From an uncultured Aliarcobacter sp. (GTDB taxonomy: Bacteria > Campylobacterota > Campylobacteria > Campylobacterales > Arcobacteraceae), in assembly GCA_963677435.1 (NCBI GenBank), contig OY781945.1:896001-960000 (forward strand): DNA of 64,000 bases, in the 5' to 3' direction. Below the pieces are notes generated by a model. That model made no database searches. It had not been told where the DNA came from and worked only from the letters and a program-made list of their open reading frames with translations. Positions within the stretch are counted from its first letter, which is position 1, and each line of letters begins with the position of its first letter. This document shows, piece after piece, positions 39,350-51,358 of the stretch. A program made the position numbers and the translations under genes.

Positions 39350-40516
39350 ATGAAGATAGCCATAGCAGGGACAGGATATGTTGGATTGTCAAATGGTATT
39401 TTACTTTCACAACATAATGAAGTAATAGCACTTGATATAATCGCTTCAAAAGTTGAGATGATAAATAATAAGAAATCGCCAATTGAAGATAAAGAAATTG
39501 AAGAGTATCTTTTAAAAGATGATCTAAATTTTAAAGCAACATTAGATAAAAATGAAGCATATAAAGATGCAGTATATGTAATAATTGCAACTCCAACTGA
39601 TTATGATCCAGAAACAAACTATTTTAATACAAAATCTGTTGAAGCTGTGATAAAAGATGTTTTAGAAATAAATCCAAATGCAGTAATGGTAATAAAATCT
39701 ACAATTCCAGTAGGTTATACAAAAAGTTTAAGAGAAAAATATAATACAAAAAATATTATTTTTTCTCCTGAGTTTTTAAGAGAAGGAAAAGCATTATTTG
39801 ATAATTTATATCCTAGTAGAATTATTGTGGGTGAACAAAGTGATAGAGCTACAACATTTGCAAACTTACTAGCTCAAGGTGCTATAAAAAAAGATATTTC
39901 AATTCTTTTTACAGATTCAACAGAAGCAGAAGCTATAAAATTGTTTTCAAATACTTATTTGGCAATGAGAGTAGCATATTTTAATGAACTTGATTCTTAT
40001 GCCCAAACTCATAATTTAGATAGTAAACAAATTATTGAGGGTGTTGGATTAGACCCACGAATAGGAAACCATTATAATAATCCAAGCTTTGGATATGGTG
40101 GATATTGTTTACCAAAAGATACAAAACAACTTCTAGCGAATTATGCAGAAGTTCCAAGTAATCTAATCGAAGCAATTGTAAAATCAAACTCAACAAGAAA
40201 AGATTTTATTGCAGATAGTATTATTGCAAGAAAACCAAAAATAGTTGGTGTTTATAGACTTATTATGAAAAGTGGCAGTGATAATTTTAGAAGCTCAGCA
40301 ATTCAAGGAATAATGAAACGAATAAAAGCAAAAGGTATAGAAGTAGTAGTTTATGAACCTGTATTAAGTGAAGATGAATTTTTTCATTCAAGAGTAATAA
40401 AAGATTTAGAAGAGTTCAAAAAAATATCAGATGTAATAGTTGCAAATAGATTAAGTGATAAACTAAAAGATGTTGAAGCAAAAGTTTATACAAGAGATAT
40501 TTTTGGAAATGACTAA
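39350..40516 (+). CDS. ugd: UDP-glucose 6-dehydrogenase
   Basis: [57 protein letters not shown]. Confidence 0.95.
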   Translation: MKIAIAGTGYVGLSNGILLSQHNEVIALDIIASKVEMINNKKSPIEDKEIEEYLLKDDLNFKATLDKNEAYKDAVYVIIATPTDYDPETNYFNTKSVEAVIKDVLEINPNAVMVIKSTIPVGYTKSLREKYNTKNIIFSPEFLREGKALFDNLYPSRIIVGEQSDRATTFANLLAQGAIKKDISILFTDSTEAEAIKLFSNTYLAMRVAYFNELDSYAQTHNLDSKQIIEGVGLDPRIGNHYNNPSFGYGGYCLPKDTKQLLANYAEVPSNLIEAIVKSNSTRKDFIADSIIARKPKIVGVYRLIMKSGSDNFRSSAIQGIMKRIKAKGIEVVVYEPVLSEDEFFHSRVIKDLEEFKKISDVIVANRLSDKLKDVEAKVYTRDIFGND

Positions 40517-41216
40517 TAATAAACTATCTATAGTAATAATTACTAAAAATGAAGAAAACTTTATTTCAGATGCAATAAAATCATCATTATTTGCAGATGA
40601 AGTGTTAATTCTTGATAGTGGGTCTATAGATAAAACATGTGAAATAGCAGAAGAATTAGGTGCAAAGGTTTATTCTCAAGAATGGCTGGGATTTGGCCCT
40701 CAAAAAAATAAGGCTATTTCATTGGCAAAAAATGATTGGGTTTTTGTTTTAGATAGTGATGAAAGAATCAATGAAGAATTAAAAATGGAAATTTTAAATA
40801 TCTTGGAAAATCCAAAAGAATCTGGATATTTTGTTGCAAGATTAAATAAATTTTTTGGTAAAGATATAAAAACTTGTGGTTTATATCCAGATTATTCTAT
40901 TCGATTATTTAATAAAACAAAAGCAAAATTTAATGAAGTAAGCGTTCATGAAAGTGTTCAGTTAAAATCAAATGTAGGACATCTAAAAAATCACATGATT
41001 CATTTAGCATATAATAGTATAGAAGAATTTATTCAAAAACAAAATAGATATTCATCTTTAAATCATAAAAAAAAGTCAATAGTAAAAGCTATAATAAATC
41101 CATATTGGACTTTTTTTAAATTATTCATTTTAAAAAAAGGTTTTTTAGATGGCTGGCATGGTTATGTAATATCAAAACTCTATGCGCAATACACATTTTG
41201 GAAATATATAAAATAA
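40509..41216 (+). CDS. GT2 glycosyltransferase (WaaE/LgtF-like beta-1,4-glucosyltransferase)
   Basis: [47 protein letters not shown] 40509 is preferred to the track start at 40470. Confidence 0.88.
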   Translation: MTNNKLSIVIITKNEENFISDAIKSSLFADEVLILDSGSIDKTCEIAEELGAKVYSQEWLGFGPQKNKAISLAKNDWVFVLDSDERINEELKMEILNILENPKESGYFVARLNKFFGKDIKTCGLYPDYSIRLFNKTKAKFNEVSVHESVQLKSNVGHLKNHMIHLAYNSIEEFIQKQNRYSSLNHKKKSIVKAIINPYWTFFKLFILKKGFLDGWHGYVISKLYAQYTFWKYIK

Positions 41217-41237
41217 GATAATAGGAAAAAATTAAAC

Positions 41238-42311
41238 ATGAAAATACTAATAACAGGGACAGCAGGATTCATAGGGAGTCACCTAGCAAAAAAACTTCTT
41301 GAAAGAGGAGATGAAATTGTTGGACTTGATAATATAAATGACTACTATGACCAAAATGTGAAATATGGAAGACTTCAAAGAGGTGGAATTATTGATACTC
41401 TTGAAGATGGAAAAGATATACCATATGGAAAATTACTTGTTTCTAAAATAAACTCTAAATATAAATTCATTAAATTAAATCTTGAAGATAAAGATGCAAT
41501 GATGAATCTTTTTAAAGAAGAAAAATTTGATGCAGTTTGTAATCTAGCAGCACAAGCAGGAGTTAGATATTCTCTCACAAATCCAGATGCATATATGGAT
41601 AGTAATATTATAGGATTTATGAATATTCTTGAATCTTGTAGACATAATAATGTAAAAAATCTATCTTATGCTAGTAGCTCATCTGTATATGGATTAAATG
41701 AAGAGTTGCCTTTTTCTACAAATCATGATGTTTCTCACCCAATATCACTGTACGCAGCAAGTAAAAAAGCTAATGAACTTATGGCTCATACCTATAGTCA
41801 TCTTTTTGATATTTCAACTACAGGACTTAGATTTTTCACAGTTTATGGACCTTGGGGAAGACCAGATATGGCATTGTTTCTTTTCACAAAAGCTGCACTT
41901 GAGGGAAATAAAATTGATGTGTTTAATAATGGTGAAATGTTAAGAGATTTTACTTATATAGATGATATTGTTGAGGGTGTAATAAGAGTTATAGATAACC
42001 CAGCAAAAAAAGATGAATCTTGGAATGGAAAAACAGGACAAGTATCAACTTCAAGTGCTCCATATAAAATATATAATATAGGAAATAATAATCCTGTAAA
42101 ATTAATGGATTTTATAGAAGCTATTGAAAATAAATTAGGTAAAACTATAGAAAAGAATTTTCTGCCAATGCAAGCAGGTGATGTACCAGCTACCTTTGCA
42201 GATGTTAGTGATTTAATAGAAGATTTAGGATATAAACCTCAAACACCCGTGCAAGATGGTATCAATAATTTTATAGATTGGTATTTAGAATTTTTTGAAT
42301 ATGACAAATAA
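41238..42311 (+). CDS. uge: UDP-glucuronate 4-epimerase (Uge-type NAD-dependent epimerase)
   Basis: [60 protein letters not shown]. Confidence 0.85.
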   Translation: MKILITGTAGFIGSHLAKKLLERGDEIVGLDNINDYYDQNVKYGRLQRGGIIDTLEDGKDIPYGKLLVSKINSKYKFIKLNLEDKDAMMNLFKEEKFDAVCNLAAQAGVRYSLTNPDAYMDSNIIGFMNILESCRHNNVKNLSYASSSSVYGLNEELPFSTNHDVSHPISLYAASKKANELMAHTYSHLFDISTTGLRFFTVYGPWGRPDMALFLFTKAALEGNKIDVFNNGEMLRDFTYIDDIVEGVIRVIDNPAKKDESWNGKTGQVSTSSAPYKIYNIGNNNPVKLMDFIEAIENKLGKTIEKNFLPMQAGDVPATFADVSDLIEDLGYKPQTPVQDGINNFIDWYLEFFEYDK

Positions 42312-42327
42312 GTAGGGAATTTAAATA

Positions 42328-43575
42328 ATGAATAAAATCTGTGTAATTGGTCTTGGATATGTAGGACTTCCTTTAGCTCACGCTTTTTCAGAAAAATATG
42401 AAGTAGTAGGATTTGATATCTCTAAATGGAGAATTGATGAATTATCATCTGGTTATGATAGAACTTTAGAATTATCAAAAGATCAAGTAAATGATGCTAT
42501 AAAAAATAATATGAAATTTACATTGGATATTAATGATATAAAAGATTGTAATATTTATATTATAACAGTTCCAACACCTATTGATAAAAATAAAAGACCT
42601 GACTTAACACCTTTAATAAAAGCTAGTGAAACAGTAGGAAAAGTATTAAAAAAAGATGATATTGTAATCTATGAATCAACTGTGTACCCAGGAGCTACAG
42701 AAGAAGAGTGTGTTCCTGTTCTTGAAAAATTCTCTAATTTAAAGTTTAATGTAGACTTCTTCTGTGGTTATAGCCCAGAGAGAATTAATCCAGGTGATAA
42801 AGAACATACTGTTACAAAAATTCTAAAAGTAACTTCTGGTTCAACTGCACAAATTGGTCAAAAAGTAAATGAATTGTATGCAAGTATTATAACAGCAGGT
42901 ACTCACTTGGCTCCAACAATAAAAGTAGCAGAAGCAGCTAAAGTAATAGAGAATTCTCAAAGAGATATAAATATCGCATTCGTAAATGAATTGGCAATCA
43001 TTTTTAATAAATTAGGAATCAATACAAATGATGTTCTTGAAGCTGCTGGAACAAAATGGAATTTTTTACCATTTAGACCAGGATTAGTTGGTGGTCACTG
43101 TATTGGTGTAGATCCATATTATCTAACTCATAAAGCTCAACAAGTAGGATATAACCCAGAAATCATCCTAGCTGGTAGAAGATTAAATGATAATATGGGA
43201 ATCTATGTAGCTAATCAAGTAATTAAACTAATGATAAAAAAAGGTCATAAAATAGAGGGTTCAAAAGTACTTGTGCTTGGAATTACTTTTAAAGAGAATT
43301 GCCCAGATATAAGAAACTCAAGAGTAATAGATGTAATAGAAGAACTAAAAGAGTTTGGCTGTGAGATTGATGTGTATGATCCATGGGCAGATAAAGATGA
43401 AGTAAAACATGAATATAATTTAGAATTAATAAAAGAACTAAATAGTTCAAAATATGAAGCAGTAGTATTAGCAGTTGCACATAATGAGTTTAAGAAACTT
43501 GATATAAAACCGACACAAGATACAGTTGTATATGATATTAAATCTATTTTAGTTGATACTGACGGAAGGTTATAG
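42328..43575 (+). CDS. UDP-HexNAc 6-dehydrogenase (TviB/WbpO-like)
   Basis: [66 protein letters not shown]. Confidence 0.9.
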   Translation: MNKICVIGLGYVGLPLAHAFSEKYEVVGFDISKWRIDELSSGYDRTLELSKDQVNDAIKNNMKFTLDINDIKDCNIYIITVPTPIDKNKRPDLTPLIKASETVGKVLKKDDIVIYESTVYPGATEEECVPVLEKFSNLKFNVDFFCGYSPERINPGDKEHTVTKILKVTSGSTAQIGQKVNELYASIITAGTHLAPTIKVAEAAKVIENSQRDINIAFVNELAIIFNKLGINTNDVLEAAGTKWNFLPFRPGLVGGHCIGVDPYYLTHKAQQVGYNPEIILAGRRLNDNMGIYVANQVIKLMIKKGHKIEGSKVLVLGITFKENCPDIRNSRVIDVIEELKEFGCEIDVYDPWADKDEVKHEYNLELIKELNSSKYEAVVLAVAHNEFKKLDIKPTQDTVVYDIKSILVDTDGRL

Positions 43576-43579
43576 TTTT

Positions 43580-44665
43580 TTGAAAATATTAATAATGAAA
43601 TTTAGAAATATTGGAGATGTTTTATTAACTACACCTTTAATTAAAAATCTGAAATTAAATTATCCAGATTCTTTAATTGATATTGCAGTAAATAAAGGTT
43701 GTGAAGATATGGTTACTTTAAATCCATCTCTAAATGATGTAATTATTTATGATAGAAATAAAATAAAAAAGCAAAGTATTTTAAAAAGATTAAAAGATGA
43801 ATTCTCTTTTGCCTACAAAATTAGAAAAAATAAATATGATTTAATTATTAATACTACAAAAGGTGATAGAGGAGCTCAATTAGCACTTATCAGTGGAGCA
43901 AAAACTAAAATAGGTTATGAATCTAATAGTAAATTTGACAAAATTTTTGATATATATTTACCTAAGCAAGGTTTTAGACATACATTAGAGATGGATTTAG
44001 ATACATTAAAGGCTTTAGAATTAGAAACTTTTGAAAAAAAAGTTGAAATATTTTGGTCAGAAAAAGATGAAGAAAAAGTAAAAGAGATTTTGTCTAAGCA
44101 TAATTTAGAAAATCAAGATTTTATTCATATTCACCCTGTATCTAGATGGTTGTTTAAATGTATAAATGATAAAACAATGGCAAGTATAATTGACTTTTGT
44201 GAATTAGAATTAAATAAAAGAGTTATCTTAACTGCAGCTCCCATAAATGAAGAGATGGATAAACTAAGTTCTATTATGAATTTATGTAAAAGTAAACCTT
44301 TGAACTTTGGAGGATTATTTACTTTGAAGCAAACAGCTTGTTTGAATAAAAAAGCTAAAGCTTTTATTGGAGTTGATACCTCAATAATGCACATAAGTGC
44401 TGCAAATGATATTCCTGTTTTAGCATTTTTTGGACCAAGCGGAACAGATCATTGGGGACCTTGGGATAATGAATGTTTTGAAAGCGGATATACAAAAAGA
44501 AATGGTTATCAAAAAATGGGTAAACATAGAGTTATTGCTGAATCAAGAGATTGCCAACCTTGTGGAAAAGATGGTTGTAATGGTTCAAAAATAAGTGATT
44601 GTTTAATGAATTTAGATATGCAGTTAATTAAAAATAATATAAATGAGATGGTATTAAATGATTAA
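43580..44665 (+). CDS. waaQ: LPS heptosyltransferase III (GT9, WaaQ/RfaQ-like)
   Basis: MKFRNIGDVLLTTP, IHPVSRWLFKC, FIGVDTS.MH, FGPS. TTG 43580 lies behind GGAAGG. Confidence 0.8.
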   Translation: MKILIMKFRNIGDVLLTTPLIKNLKLNYPDSLIDIAVNKGCEDMVTLNPSLNDVIIYDRNKIKKQSILKRLKDEFSFAYKIRKNKYDLIINTTKGDRGAQLALISGAKTKIGYESNSKFDKIFDIYLPKQGFRHTLEMDLDTLKALELETFEKKVEIFWSEKDEEKVKEILSKHNLENQDFIHIHPVSRWLFKCINDKTMASIIDFCELELNKRVILTAAPINEEMDKLSSIMNLCKSKPLNFGGLFTLKQTACLNKKAKAFIGVDTSIMHISAANDIPVLAFFGPSGTDHWGPWDNECFESGYTKRNGYQKMGKHRVIAESRDCQPCGKDGCNGSKISDCLMNLDMQLIKNNINEMVLND

Positions 44666-45716
44666 AGTACTTGAAATGGAAAGTTCACGAGGTTGGGGTG
44701 GACAGGAAAAAAGAACTGTTCGATTAGTTAATAATTTAGATAAAAATGAATTTGAAGTATTTTGGGCTGTTGAAAAAAATAGTATTTTATATGAAAAAAA
44801 AGATGAAATAAATGCTACATTTTTCACATATAAACTAAATAAAATCTATAATATTTTTACAATTTTTAAGTTAATAAAATTAGTTAATTCAAAAAAGATT
44901 AATATTATTTCTACACATTCAGGAAAAGATTCTTGGATTGGAAATATTGTTGGGCTTTTTACAAAAGCAAAAGTGGTAAGAGTTAGACATCTGATTTTAC
45001 CTATTAAAGGTCCATATAGTTACAATTTAGCTGATAGGGTAGTTACTGTTAGTAATCAAGTAAAAGAGTATTTAATTTCTCAGGGTGTGAAAAAAGAAAA
45101 ACTTTTAAATATTTATACAGGAATAGATACAAATAAATTTAATTCAAATATTGAATATGATTTAAGAAAAGAGTTTGGCTTCTCATCAGATGTTGTTTTA
45201 GTTGGTATTGTTGCAGTATTACGAGCTGCAAAACAGCATATAAAATTGATTGAAACTTTTTCAAAAATAAATCATGACAATGTAAAATTATTGATTATTG
45301 GCGAAGGTCCTATGAAAGAAGAGATAGAAACTTGTATATCTAATAATAATTTAAAAGAAAAAGTTTTTATGTTAGGACATAGAGAAGATGTTCATTTATT
45401 ATTACCAAATTTAGATATTTTCTGTCTTTCTTCAAGACATGAGGCTTTGGGTACAAGTTTACTTGAAGCTCAAAGTTGTGGAGTTCCTGTATTAGGAAGT
45501 AATGTGGGTGGAATACCTGAAGCTTTAAGCGATGGACAAACTGGTTATTTATTTGATGATTTTGATGATTTAGAAAAGAAATTTAATGAATTATTGGAAA
45601 ATAGAGAAAAGTTACAAGAGTTTAAAAATAATTCAAGAAAATTTATTTTAGAAAAATTTTCTGTAGAAAAAATGATGGAAGATACAAAAAAACTTTATAG
45701 AGAACTTTGCCTATGA
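44658..45716 (+). CDS. GT4 glycosyltransferase
   Basis: ESSRGWGGQE, THSGKDSW, EALGTSLLEA (EX7E), VGGIPE. Confidence 0.9.
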   Translation: MIKVLEMESSRGWGGQEKRTVRLVNNLDKNEFEVFWAVEKNSILYEKKDEINATFFTYKLNKIYNIFTIFKLIKLVNSKKINIISTHSGKDSWIGNIVGLFTKAKVVRVRHLILPIKGPYSYNLADRVVTVSNQVKEYLISQGVKKEKLLNIYTGIDTNKFNSNIEYDLRKEFGFSSDVVLVGIVAVLRAAKQHIKLIETFSKINHDNVKLLIIGEGPMKEEIETCISNNNLKEKVFMLGHREDVHLLLPNLDIFCLSSRHEALGTSLLEAQSCGVPVLGSNVGGIPEALSDGQTGYLFDDFDDLEKKFNELLENREKLQEFKNNSRKFILEKFSVEKMMEDTKKLYRELCL

Positions 45717-46477
45717 GTATTCCTGTAGTAATGTATCATCATGTTTTATCAAAAGAGAGCTTTATTTCAAGTGGAATAAGCAATTTTGAAAAACAGATGA
45801 AACTACTTTGTGATGAAAATTGGAAAACAATTACATCAGAGGAATTTTATTTATTTAAAAAAAAGAGATTGAAACTTCCTAAAAAATCTGTATTGATTAC
45901 TTTTGATGATGGTTGGAGAGATAATTATGTTTATGCATATCCTATTTTAAAGAAATATAATTTGAGAGCAACACTTTTTATTGTAACTCAATGGATTGAA
46001 AAAGCCTCAAATGAAGATGATTGTGAGTATATAGAAACAAAACATAGTGAGTGTAAAAATTTAGTTTCTACAAATCCAAGAAGAGTAATCTGCTCATGGG
46101 ATGAACTAAAAAAAATGAGTGATGTTTTTGATTACCACTCACACACACATAGTCATTATGACAATTATTTTGAACAAATATCTTTAGAAGAAGAGTTTAG
46201 TAAATCAAAAGAATTAATAAAAGATCGATTAGGATTTGAAGATAAGCAGTTATGTTGGCCAAGGGGAATATACTCAGATGAATCAATAAAACTTGCTAAT
46301 GAAAATAATTTTGAAATCTTATATACAACAAAAAGAGGTATTAATCTAGCAGATGATAAGCTTTTAGAGATTAAAAGATTTGCTGCAAAAAAAGATGATA
46401 AATGGTTGAAAAAGAATCTTTTTATATACTCAAATAATTTAATTGGAAAAATTTATTCATGGATAAAACCACAATGA
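45713..46477 (+). CDS. Polysaccharide deacetylase (CE4), WabN-like candidate
   Basis: PVVMYHHV, LITFDDG, HSHTHSH, CWPRG. ATGA overlap with the upstream stop. Confidence 0.88.
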   Translation: MSIPVVMYHHVLSKESFISSGISNFEKQMKLLCDENWKTITSEEFYLFKKKRLKLPKKSVLITFDDGWRDNYVYAYPILKKYNLRATLFIVTQWIEKASNEDDCEYIETKHSECKNLVSTNPRRVICSWDELKKMSDVFDYHSHTHSHYDNYFEQISLEEEFSKSKELIKDRLGFEDKQLCWPRGIYSDESIKLANENNFEILYTTKRGINLADDKLLEIKRFAAKKDDKWLKKNLFIYSNNLIGKIYSWIKPQ

Positions 46478-47433
46478 TTGATTTAAATGAAAAAAAAATA
46501 TTATTAGTAAGAAATGATAACGTTGGTGATTTGATTTGTACAACTCCTGCAATAGAGGCATTAAGAAAAAAATATCCCAATAATCAAATTGATATTGTTG
46601 TTAATTCATATAATTATGAAGCTATTTATAATAATCCATTTATAAATAAAATTTACTGTTATACTAAACCAAAACACAAAAAATCATTATGGAATAAAAT
46701 TAGTGCAGGAATAGGGAAACTAAAAATATTACTAGATATTTATAAAGAGAATTATGTTACAGTAATTATTTTTAGAAGTGGATATTCAAAATCAGCTGAA
46801 CTTTTTTCTAAGATTACTAAAGCTTCATATAAAGTAGGTGTGAAAAATCCCAAAGGTAAGGATGATTTTAATATCTATGTTTCATCAAATGAGTTACAAC
46901 ATGAAGTTGAATTTTGTTTAGATTGTTTAAAAGAGTTTGGAGTAACTTATAATAATGAAAAAACTCTGTATTTTATAGATGAAGAGTTATTTTCTAAATA
47001 TAATAATTTTAGCGACCATATTCTTTTTCATATCTCTTCAAGAATTGAAGAAAATAAGTACAGTAAAGAAAATTTCAAAAAAATATTTGATTTATTAACA
47101 GATAAAAAAATAATTATAAGCGCAGAACCAGATGATTTTGAGATGGCAAAATGGTTAGATGAAAATACAAATGTTACATTTATTAAAACTAAATCTTTAC
47201 AAGATTTAGGTGGATTAATCAAAAATGTTAAACTACTAGTTACTTTAGATGGTGGAGCTATGCATTTGGGGCCAGCAGTGGGAACAAAAACAATTTCTAT
47301 TAGTGGTAAAACAAATATGAATAAATGGTATCCTTGGGGATATAAAGATTTGGTAGTACAAGATCAATCTAAAATTGCAAATAATGTAGATTATCAAGAA
47401 ATTGTAAAAATGGTAAATAATAATGAAATTTAA
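46474..47433 (+). CDS. GT9 glycosyltransferase
   Basis: LLVRNDNVGDLICTTP, QHEVE, TLDGGAMHLG. ATGA overlap at 46474. Confidence 0.87.
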   Translation: MIDLNEKKILLVRNDNVGDLICTTPAIEALRKKYPNNQIDIVVNSYNYEAIYNNPFINKIYCYTKPKHKKSLWNKISAGIGKLKILLDIYKENYVTVIIFRSGYSKSAELFSKITKASYKVGVKNPKGKDDFNIYVSSNELQHEVEFCLDCLKEFGVTYNNEKTLYFIDEELFSKYNNFSDHILFHISSRIEENKYSKENFKKIFDLLTDKKIIISAEPDDFEMAKWLDENTNVTFIKTKSLQDLGGLIKNVKLLVTLDGGAMHLGPAVGTKTISISGKTNMNKWYPWGYKDLVVQDQSKIANNVDYQEIVKMVNNNEI

Positions 47434-48529
47434 TATTTTTGAATTTTATGTGAATCTGAGATTAAAATCTCATTCTAATTATCCTAAATTAGATAAATTG
47501 GATATGGATAAAATAAATACAATCTTGATATTCTCAAATACAGCTATTGGTGATACCTTATTCAATACGCCAGTATTTAGAGCATTAAAAGAAAATTTTC
47601 CAGCTAAAAAATTAGTTGTTATATTAAATCCAACTAATTATAAACTATTTGAAAATAATAGATATATTGATGAGATAATTTTGTATGATGGACGATGGAA
47701 AAACTTCTTTTCAGTTTTAAAACAGATTAAAAAATATTCTATAGATTTGTCTTTGATTTTACACTCAAATGAACCTCAAGCAACACCATTAGCAGTTTTA
47801 TGTGGTTCAAAGTATATAATTAAAATACCTAATAATAAAACAAAATATAGTGTCTATCACAATAATATAGAACTTGGACCATATCATGATAGACATGGAA
47901 TATTTGATAGATTAAGGGTTCTTGAATATTTGAATATAAAAGCTACTGATCCAAGAATGGAGCTTTTTCTAGAAGAAGAGAATAAAGAAGAAATTAGTAA
48001 TTTTTTCATAAAGAATAATATAGATAAGAAAAAAGATATATTAATAGGTTTTCAAATTGGAGCATCAACTGTAAGTAGAATGTGGTTTGATGAAAGATGG
48101 ATTGAACTTGGAAAAAAACTATTAGATTCAAATAAAAATATTAAGATTATACTTACTGGTTCTCCTTCTGAAAAGAATTTAACTTCAAAAGTTTCTAATG
48201 CTTTGAATAATGATAGAGTTTATAATCTTGCAGGTGAATTTAATATTAAAAGTGCAGCAGCATTAATTGGGATGATTGATATATTTATAACTCCAGATAC
48301 TGGACCATTACATATTGCTGCATCTTTGAGAGTTCCAACTATTACACTTTTTGCAGCTGCTAAATGGTATGTTTCAAATCCTTGCTTTGATGAAGATATT
48401 CATTTATATATCCAAAAAGATAGAACTTGTGAACCATGTATAGGGAAAAGTTGTAAATTCCAAAAATGTATGTTGCAGATTAGTATAGAAGAAGTATATG
48501 AAAAAATCATTATTCTAATAAATAAGTAA
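47423..48529 (+). CDS. GT9 glycosyltransferase
   Basis: SNTAIGDTLFNTP, FQIGAS...RMW, ITPDTGPLHIA, CEPC...C....CM. Confidence 0.88.
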   Translation: MKFNIFEFYVNLRLKSHSNYPKLDKLDMDKINTILIFSNTAIGDTLFNTPVFRALKENFPAKKLVVILNPTNYKLFENNRYIDEIILYDGRWKNFFSVLKQIKKYSIDLSLILHSNEPQATPLAVLCGSKYIIKIPNNKTKYSVYHNNIELGPYHDRHGIFDRLRVLEYLNIKATDPRMELFLEEENKEEISNFFIKNNIDKKKDILIGFQIGASTVSRMWFDERWIELGKKLLDSNKNIKIILTGSPSEKNLTSKVSNALNNDRVYNLAGEFNIKSAAALIGMIDIFITPDTGPLHIAASLRVPTITLFAAAKWYVSNPCFDEDIHLYIQKDRTCEPCIGKSCKFQKCMLQISIEEVYEKIIILINK

Positions 48530-48542
48530 GACGGAGAAAATT

Positions 48543-49046
48543 TTGCAGACAAGAGAAAAAATTATAGTAATAGTTATATTCAAGTTTATTAACTTCTTTA
48601 TTTCTAATCATAAAAAAAGAGCCATTCTACTTAATAAAATTTTTTCAAATTTCAAATTTTCTAATAATGTTAATATTAGAAGGAATGTTACATTTTATGG
48701 GAAAGGTAGCTTAATAATTGGCGAAAATAGTTTCATTAATGAAGAGTGTTTTTTAGATTTGTCTTCAAAAATTATAATAGGTAATGATGTTGCTATAGGA
48801 ATGAGAACAATGGTTTTATCATCTAGTCATAATATCGGAATAAAAAGATGTGGTGAAATTAAAAGAAAGTGTACAGTTATAAAAAATAATGTATGGATTG
48901 GTGCCGGAGTTACAATATATCCAGGTATTATCATCGGTGAAGGTTCTATAATTTCTGCAGGAGAAATAGTTGATATAAATGTGCCAGATAATGTAATATT
49001 GAAACAAGGAAAATTTATAAAATTAGATGAAAGTAAATTAAAATGA
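48543..49046 (+). CDS. Hexapeptide-repeat (left-handed beta-helix) O-acyltransferase
   Basis: IGENSFIN, IIIGNDVAIG, SSH, IKNNVWIGAGVTIYPGIIIGEGSIISAG. Confidence 0.85.
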   Translation: MQTREKIIVIVIFKFINFFISNHKKRAILLNKIFSNFKFSNNVNIRRNVTFYGKGSLIIGENSFINEECFLDLSSKIIIGNDVAIGMRTMVLSSSHNIGIKRCGEIKRKCTVIKNNVWIGAGVTIYPGIIIGEGSIISAGEIVDINVPDNVILKQGKFIKLDESKLK

Positions 49047-50137
49047 TTAAAAATATATTAATTATATCTCACGGTTCGGCATTGGGAGGAAGTCCAATAT
49101 CTGCTCTTAATATTGGAAGATTTATAAATAAAAAGGAATTTAATCCAATATTTGTTTTTGGGGAAGATGGACCAATTGTTGAGGTTGCTAGAAATGAGGG
49201 ATTTAAAGTATATGTAATTAAAAAAAGAGGATTCTTATCACTTCCTTTTTTATATGATTTTATGAAAGTAATAAAAAAAGAAAATATAGATTTAATACAT
49301 TTAAATACATTAACTTCATACTATAAATATCCAGCAATTGCAGCAAAACTTCTAAATAAAAAAGCTGTTTGGTTTGTAAGAGAAAATCCAGAAGAAAAAA
49401 GATGTGTTAAATTAGCTAGATATATTAACAATTATTCAAATAAAATTGTTACTGTTTCATACGATACGGCAAATCATATGAATTATGCTAAAAAAGAAAA
49501 TTTGATGACAATTCATAATGGAATAAATTTAGATTTTAATGATGATACTAATATTGAAGAATCATATAAATTATTAAACTTAGAGAGTAATTTTAAATAT
49601 CTAACAACTATTGCTTCTCTTGAAGCTAGAAAAGGAATACTTGAATTAATTGAAAGTTTCAATTTAATACTTGATAATATTGGTCAAGATGTAAAACTAT
49701 TGATTGTTGGAAAAGATAGAACGCAAAATAAAACTTATTTAAATGAAATAAAAAAGAAAATCTCGGAATTAAATCTTCAAGATAGAGTTATATTATTTGG
49801 AGAAAGCAATAAAATTAAAGAAATCATGTCAATAACAGAGGTTTTTATACTTAATGCTTATTGGGAAGGTTTATCAAGAGTATTACTTGAAGCAATGATT
49901 TGCTCTAAACCAATTTTAGCTAGTTCAAATGGTGGTAATAAAGAACAAGTTATAGATGGCATCAATGGTTTTACATTTAATGCTGGAGATATAGAGAAAT
50001 TATCAGAGTTAATTGTAAAAATATTGGAATCTGATTTAAAAGTATTGGGAGATAATTCAAAAAATCTGGCAATAGAGAAGTTTAATATAGAAAAAACTAC
50101 TAAAAAGATAGAGAATCTTTATAAATCTTTGTTATAA
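49043..50137 (+). CDS. GT4 glycosyltransferase
   Basis: LGGSP, DLIHLN, IHNGI, RKG, EGLSRVLLEAM (EX7E), GG.KEQV.DG.NG. Confidence 0.9.
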   Translation: MIKNILIISHGSALGGSPISALNIGRFINKKEFNPIFVFGEDGPIVEVARNEGFKVYVIKKRGFLSLPFLYDFMKVIKKENIDLIHLNTLTSYYKYPAIAAKLLNKKAVWFVRENPEEKRCVKLARYINNYSNKIVTVSYDTANHMNYAKKENLMTIHNGINLDFNDDTNIEESYKLLNLESNFKYLTTIASLEARKGILELIESFNLILDNIGQDVKLLIVGKDRTQNKTYLNEIKKKISELNLQDRVILFGESNKIKEIMSITEVFILNAYWEGLSRVLLEAMICSKPILASSNGGNKEQVIDGINGFTFNAGDIEKLSELIVKILESDLKVLGDNSKNLAIEKFNIEKTTKKIENLYKSLL

Positions 50138-51200
50138 ATTCTTTAATATCTTGTTTTTGCTTATCATTAATTGTAAAAATATTTTTACATTTTTCTTCAC
50201 TTGATGTTTTGAAAACTGAAGAGTATGGCACGCAAGAGGCATTTGATTTTATAATTAATGAGTTAACTACTGGTCTTTGCTCTTTCCAAAAACAAGGACC
50301 TGCAAAATTAATAGTTGCTACATTCATCGCATCAGCAATATAGCTATTTCCTGTATCTGAAGATATATATACATTTATTTTTGAAATTTCATATGGTAAA
50401 TATTTTAACTCGATTTTACCTAACAATGAAATTAAAGTGGATTTCTTTAAATCTATATTATTTGTTAAGTTATTAAGTAATTCAATTTCATTAGGCAATC
50501 CGAAAATATAGATATTTGCATTAAAATCATCTAAAATTTTAAACACTTCTTTCCATGTTTGTATATCAATTGTTTTTAATTTATTTGCTGCAGTTAAACT
50601 AATTCCAATTGAAAATATATTTTCATTAATAAACACTTCATTTGATTCTAAAATAGGTTTTTGAATGATTTTTTTGTAGTTATTATAATTAAAATTGTTG
50701 TTAATCATTTTTAAATAAGAATCAAGGGTTAAATCATCTGTAGTATGGTTTATCTTTTTCATTCCAAAAGACAATAAAGATTTATACCATTTATCAGCAT
50801 ATGTTATCAAAGTAACTTTGTTTTTAGCCCAACTCATTTGACCTAGAAATAAATTATAGCTATTTGGCATAACAATATATACATTTTCATAGTTATTAAA
50901 GAAAATTTTAAATGCAAGTTTGATTTTAGTAAGAAGACTTTTTTTGTATTCATTTATGATTAATATATTTTTTAATCGATTATCATAGTTTGCAAATGCA
51001 GTATTAATTTGATCAATTAATATATCTGATTGCTTAAGTGCATCAATCATAATCGAAGTATTAACATAATCACCAATTTTAGCAGTTTGGATTATTAAGT
51101 TACCAGATGTTTTATTTTTTCTAAATAGTGATAAGATTAGAAGAAAAGGAGATAAAATTAAAAATATAATATAGTAAATCATAAGTAGGATTCTATACAA
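50100..51200 (-). CDS. GT9 glycosyltransferase (opposite strand)
   Basis: IIQTAKIGD, YISSDTGNSYIA, FAGP. Alternative start ATG 51182. Confidence 0.82.
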   Translation of the reverse strand: MYRILLMIYYIIFLILSPFLLILSLFRKNKTSGNLIIQTAKIGDYVNTSIMIDALKQSDILIDQINTAFANYDNRLKNILIINEYKKSLLTKIKLAFKIFFNNYENVYIVMPNSYNLFLGQMSWAKNKVTLITYADKWYKSLLSFGMKKINHTTDDLTLDSYLKMINNNFNYNNYKKIIQKPILESNEVFINENIFSIGISLTAANKLKTIDIQTWKEVFKILDDFNANIYIFGLPNEIELLNNLTNNIDLKKSTLISLLGKIELKYLPYEISKINVYISSDTGNSYIADAMNVATINFAGPCFWKEQRPVVNSLIIKSNASCVPYSSVFKTSSEEKCKNIFTINDKQKQDIKEFITKIYKDSLSF

Positions 51201-51358
51201 AATTTACTTTATTTAAAATTTTGTATATATAAAATTAGATTATAAAATAAAAAAATTATAATAACAATTTATAAAAACAATAATGTTATTATATCAGTAT
51301 TATATAAGACATTTAACGATATACTCGGAATTCTATTTTAATATGTACTGGAGAGTTA

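Noticed and set aside
39350..41270. Shared CAGGGACAG near the starts of ugd and uge as a recombination repeat
   Set aside because: Explained by the similar Rossmann-fold G-T codons; too short to be significant.
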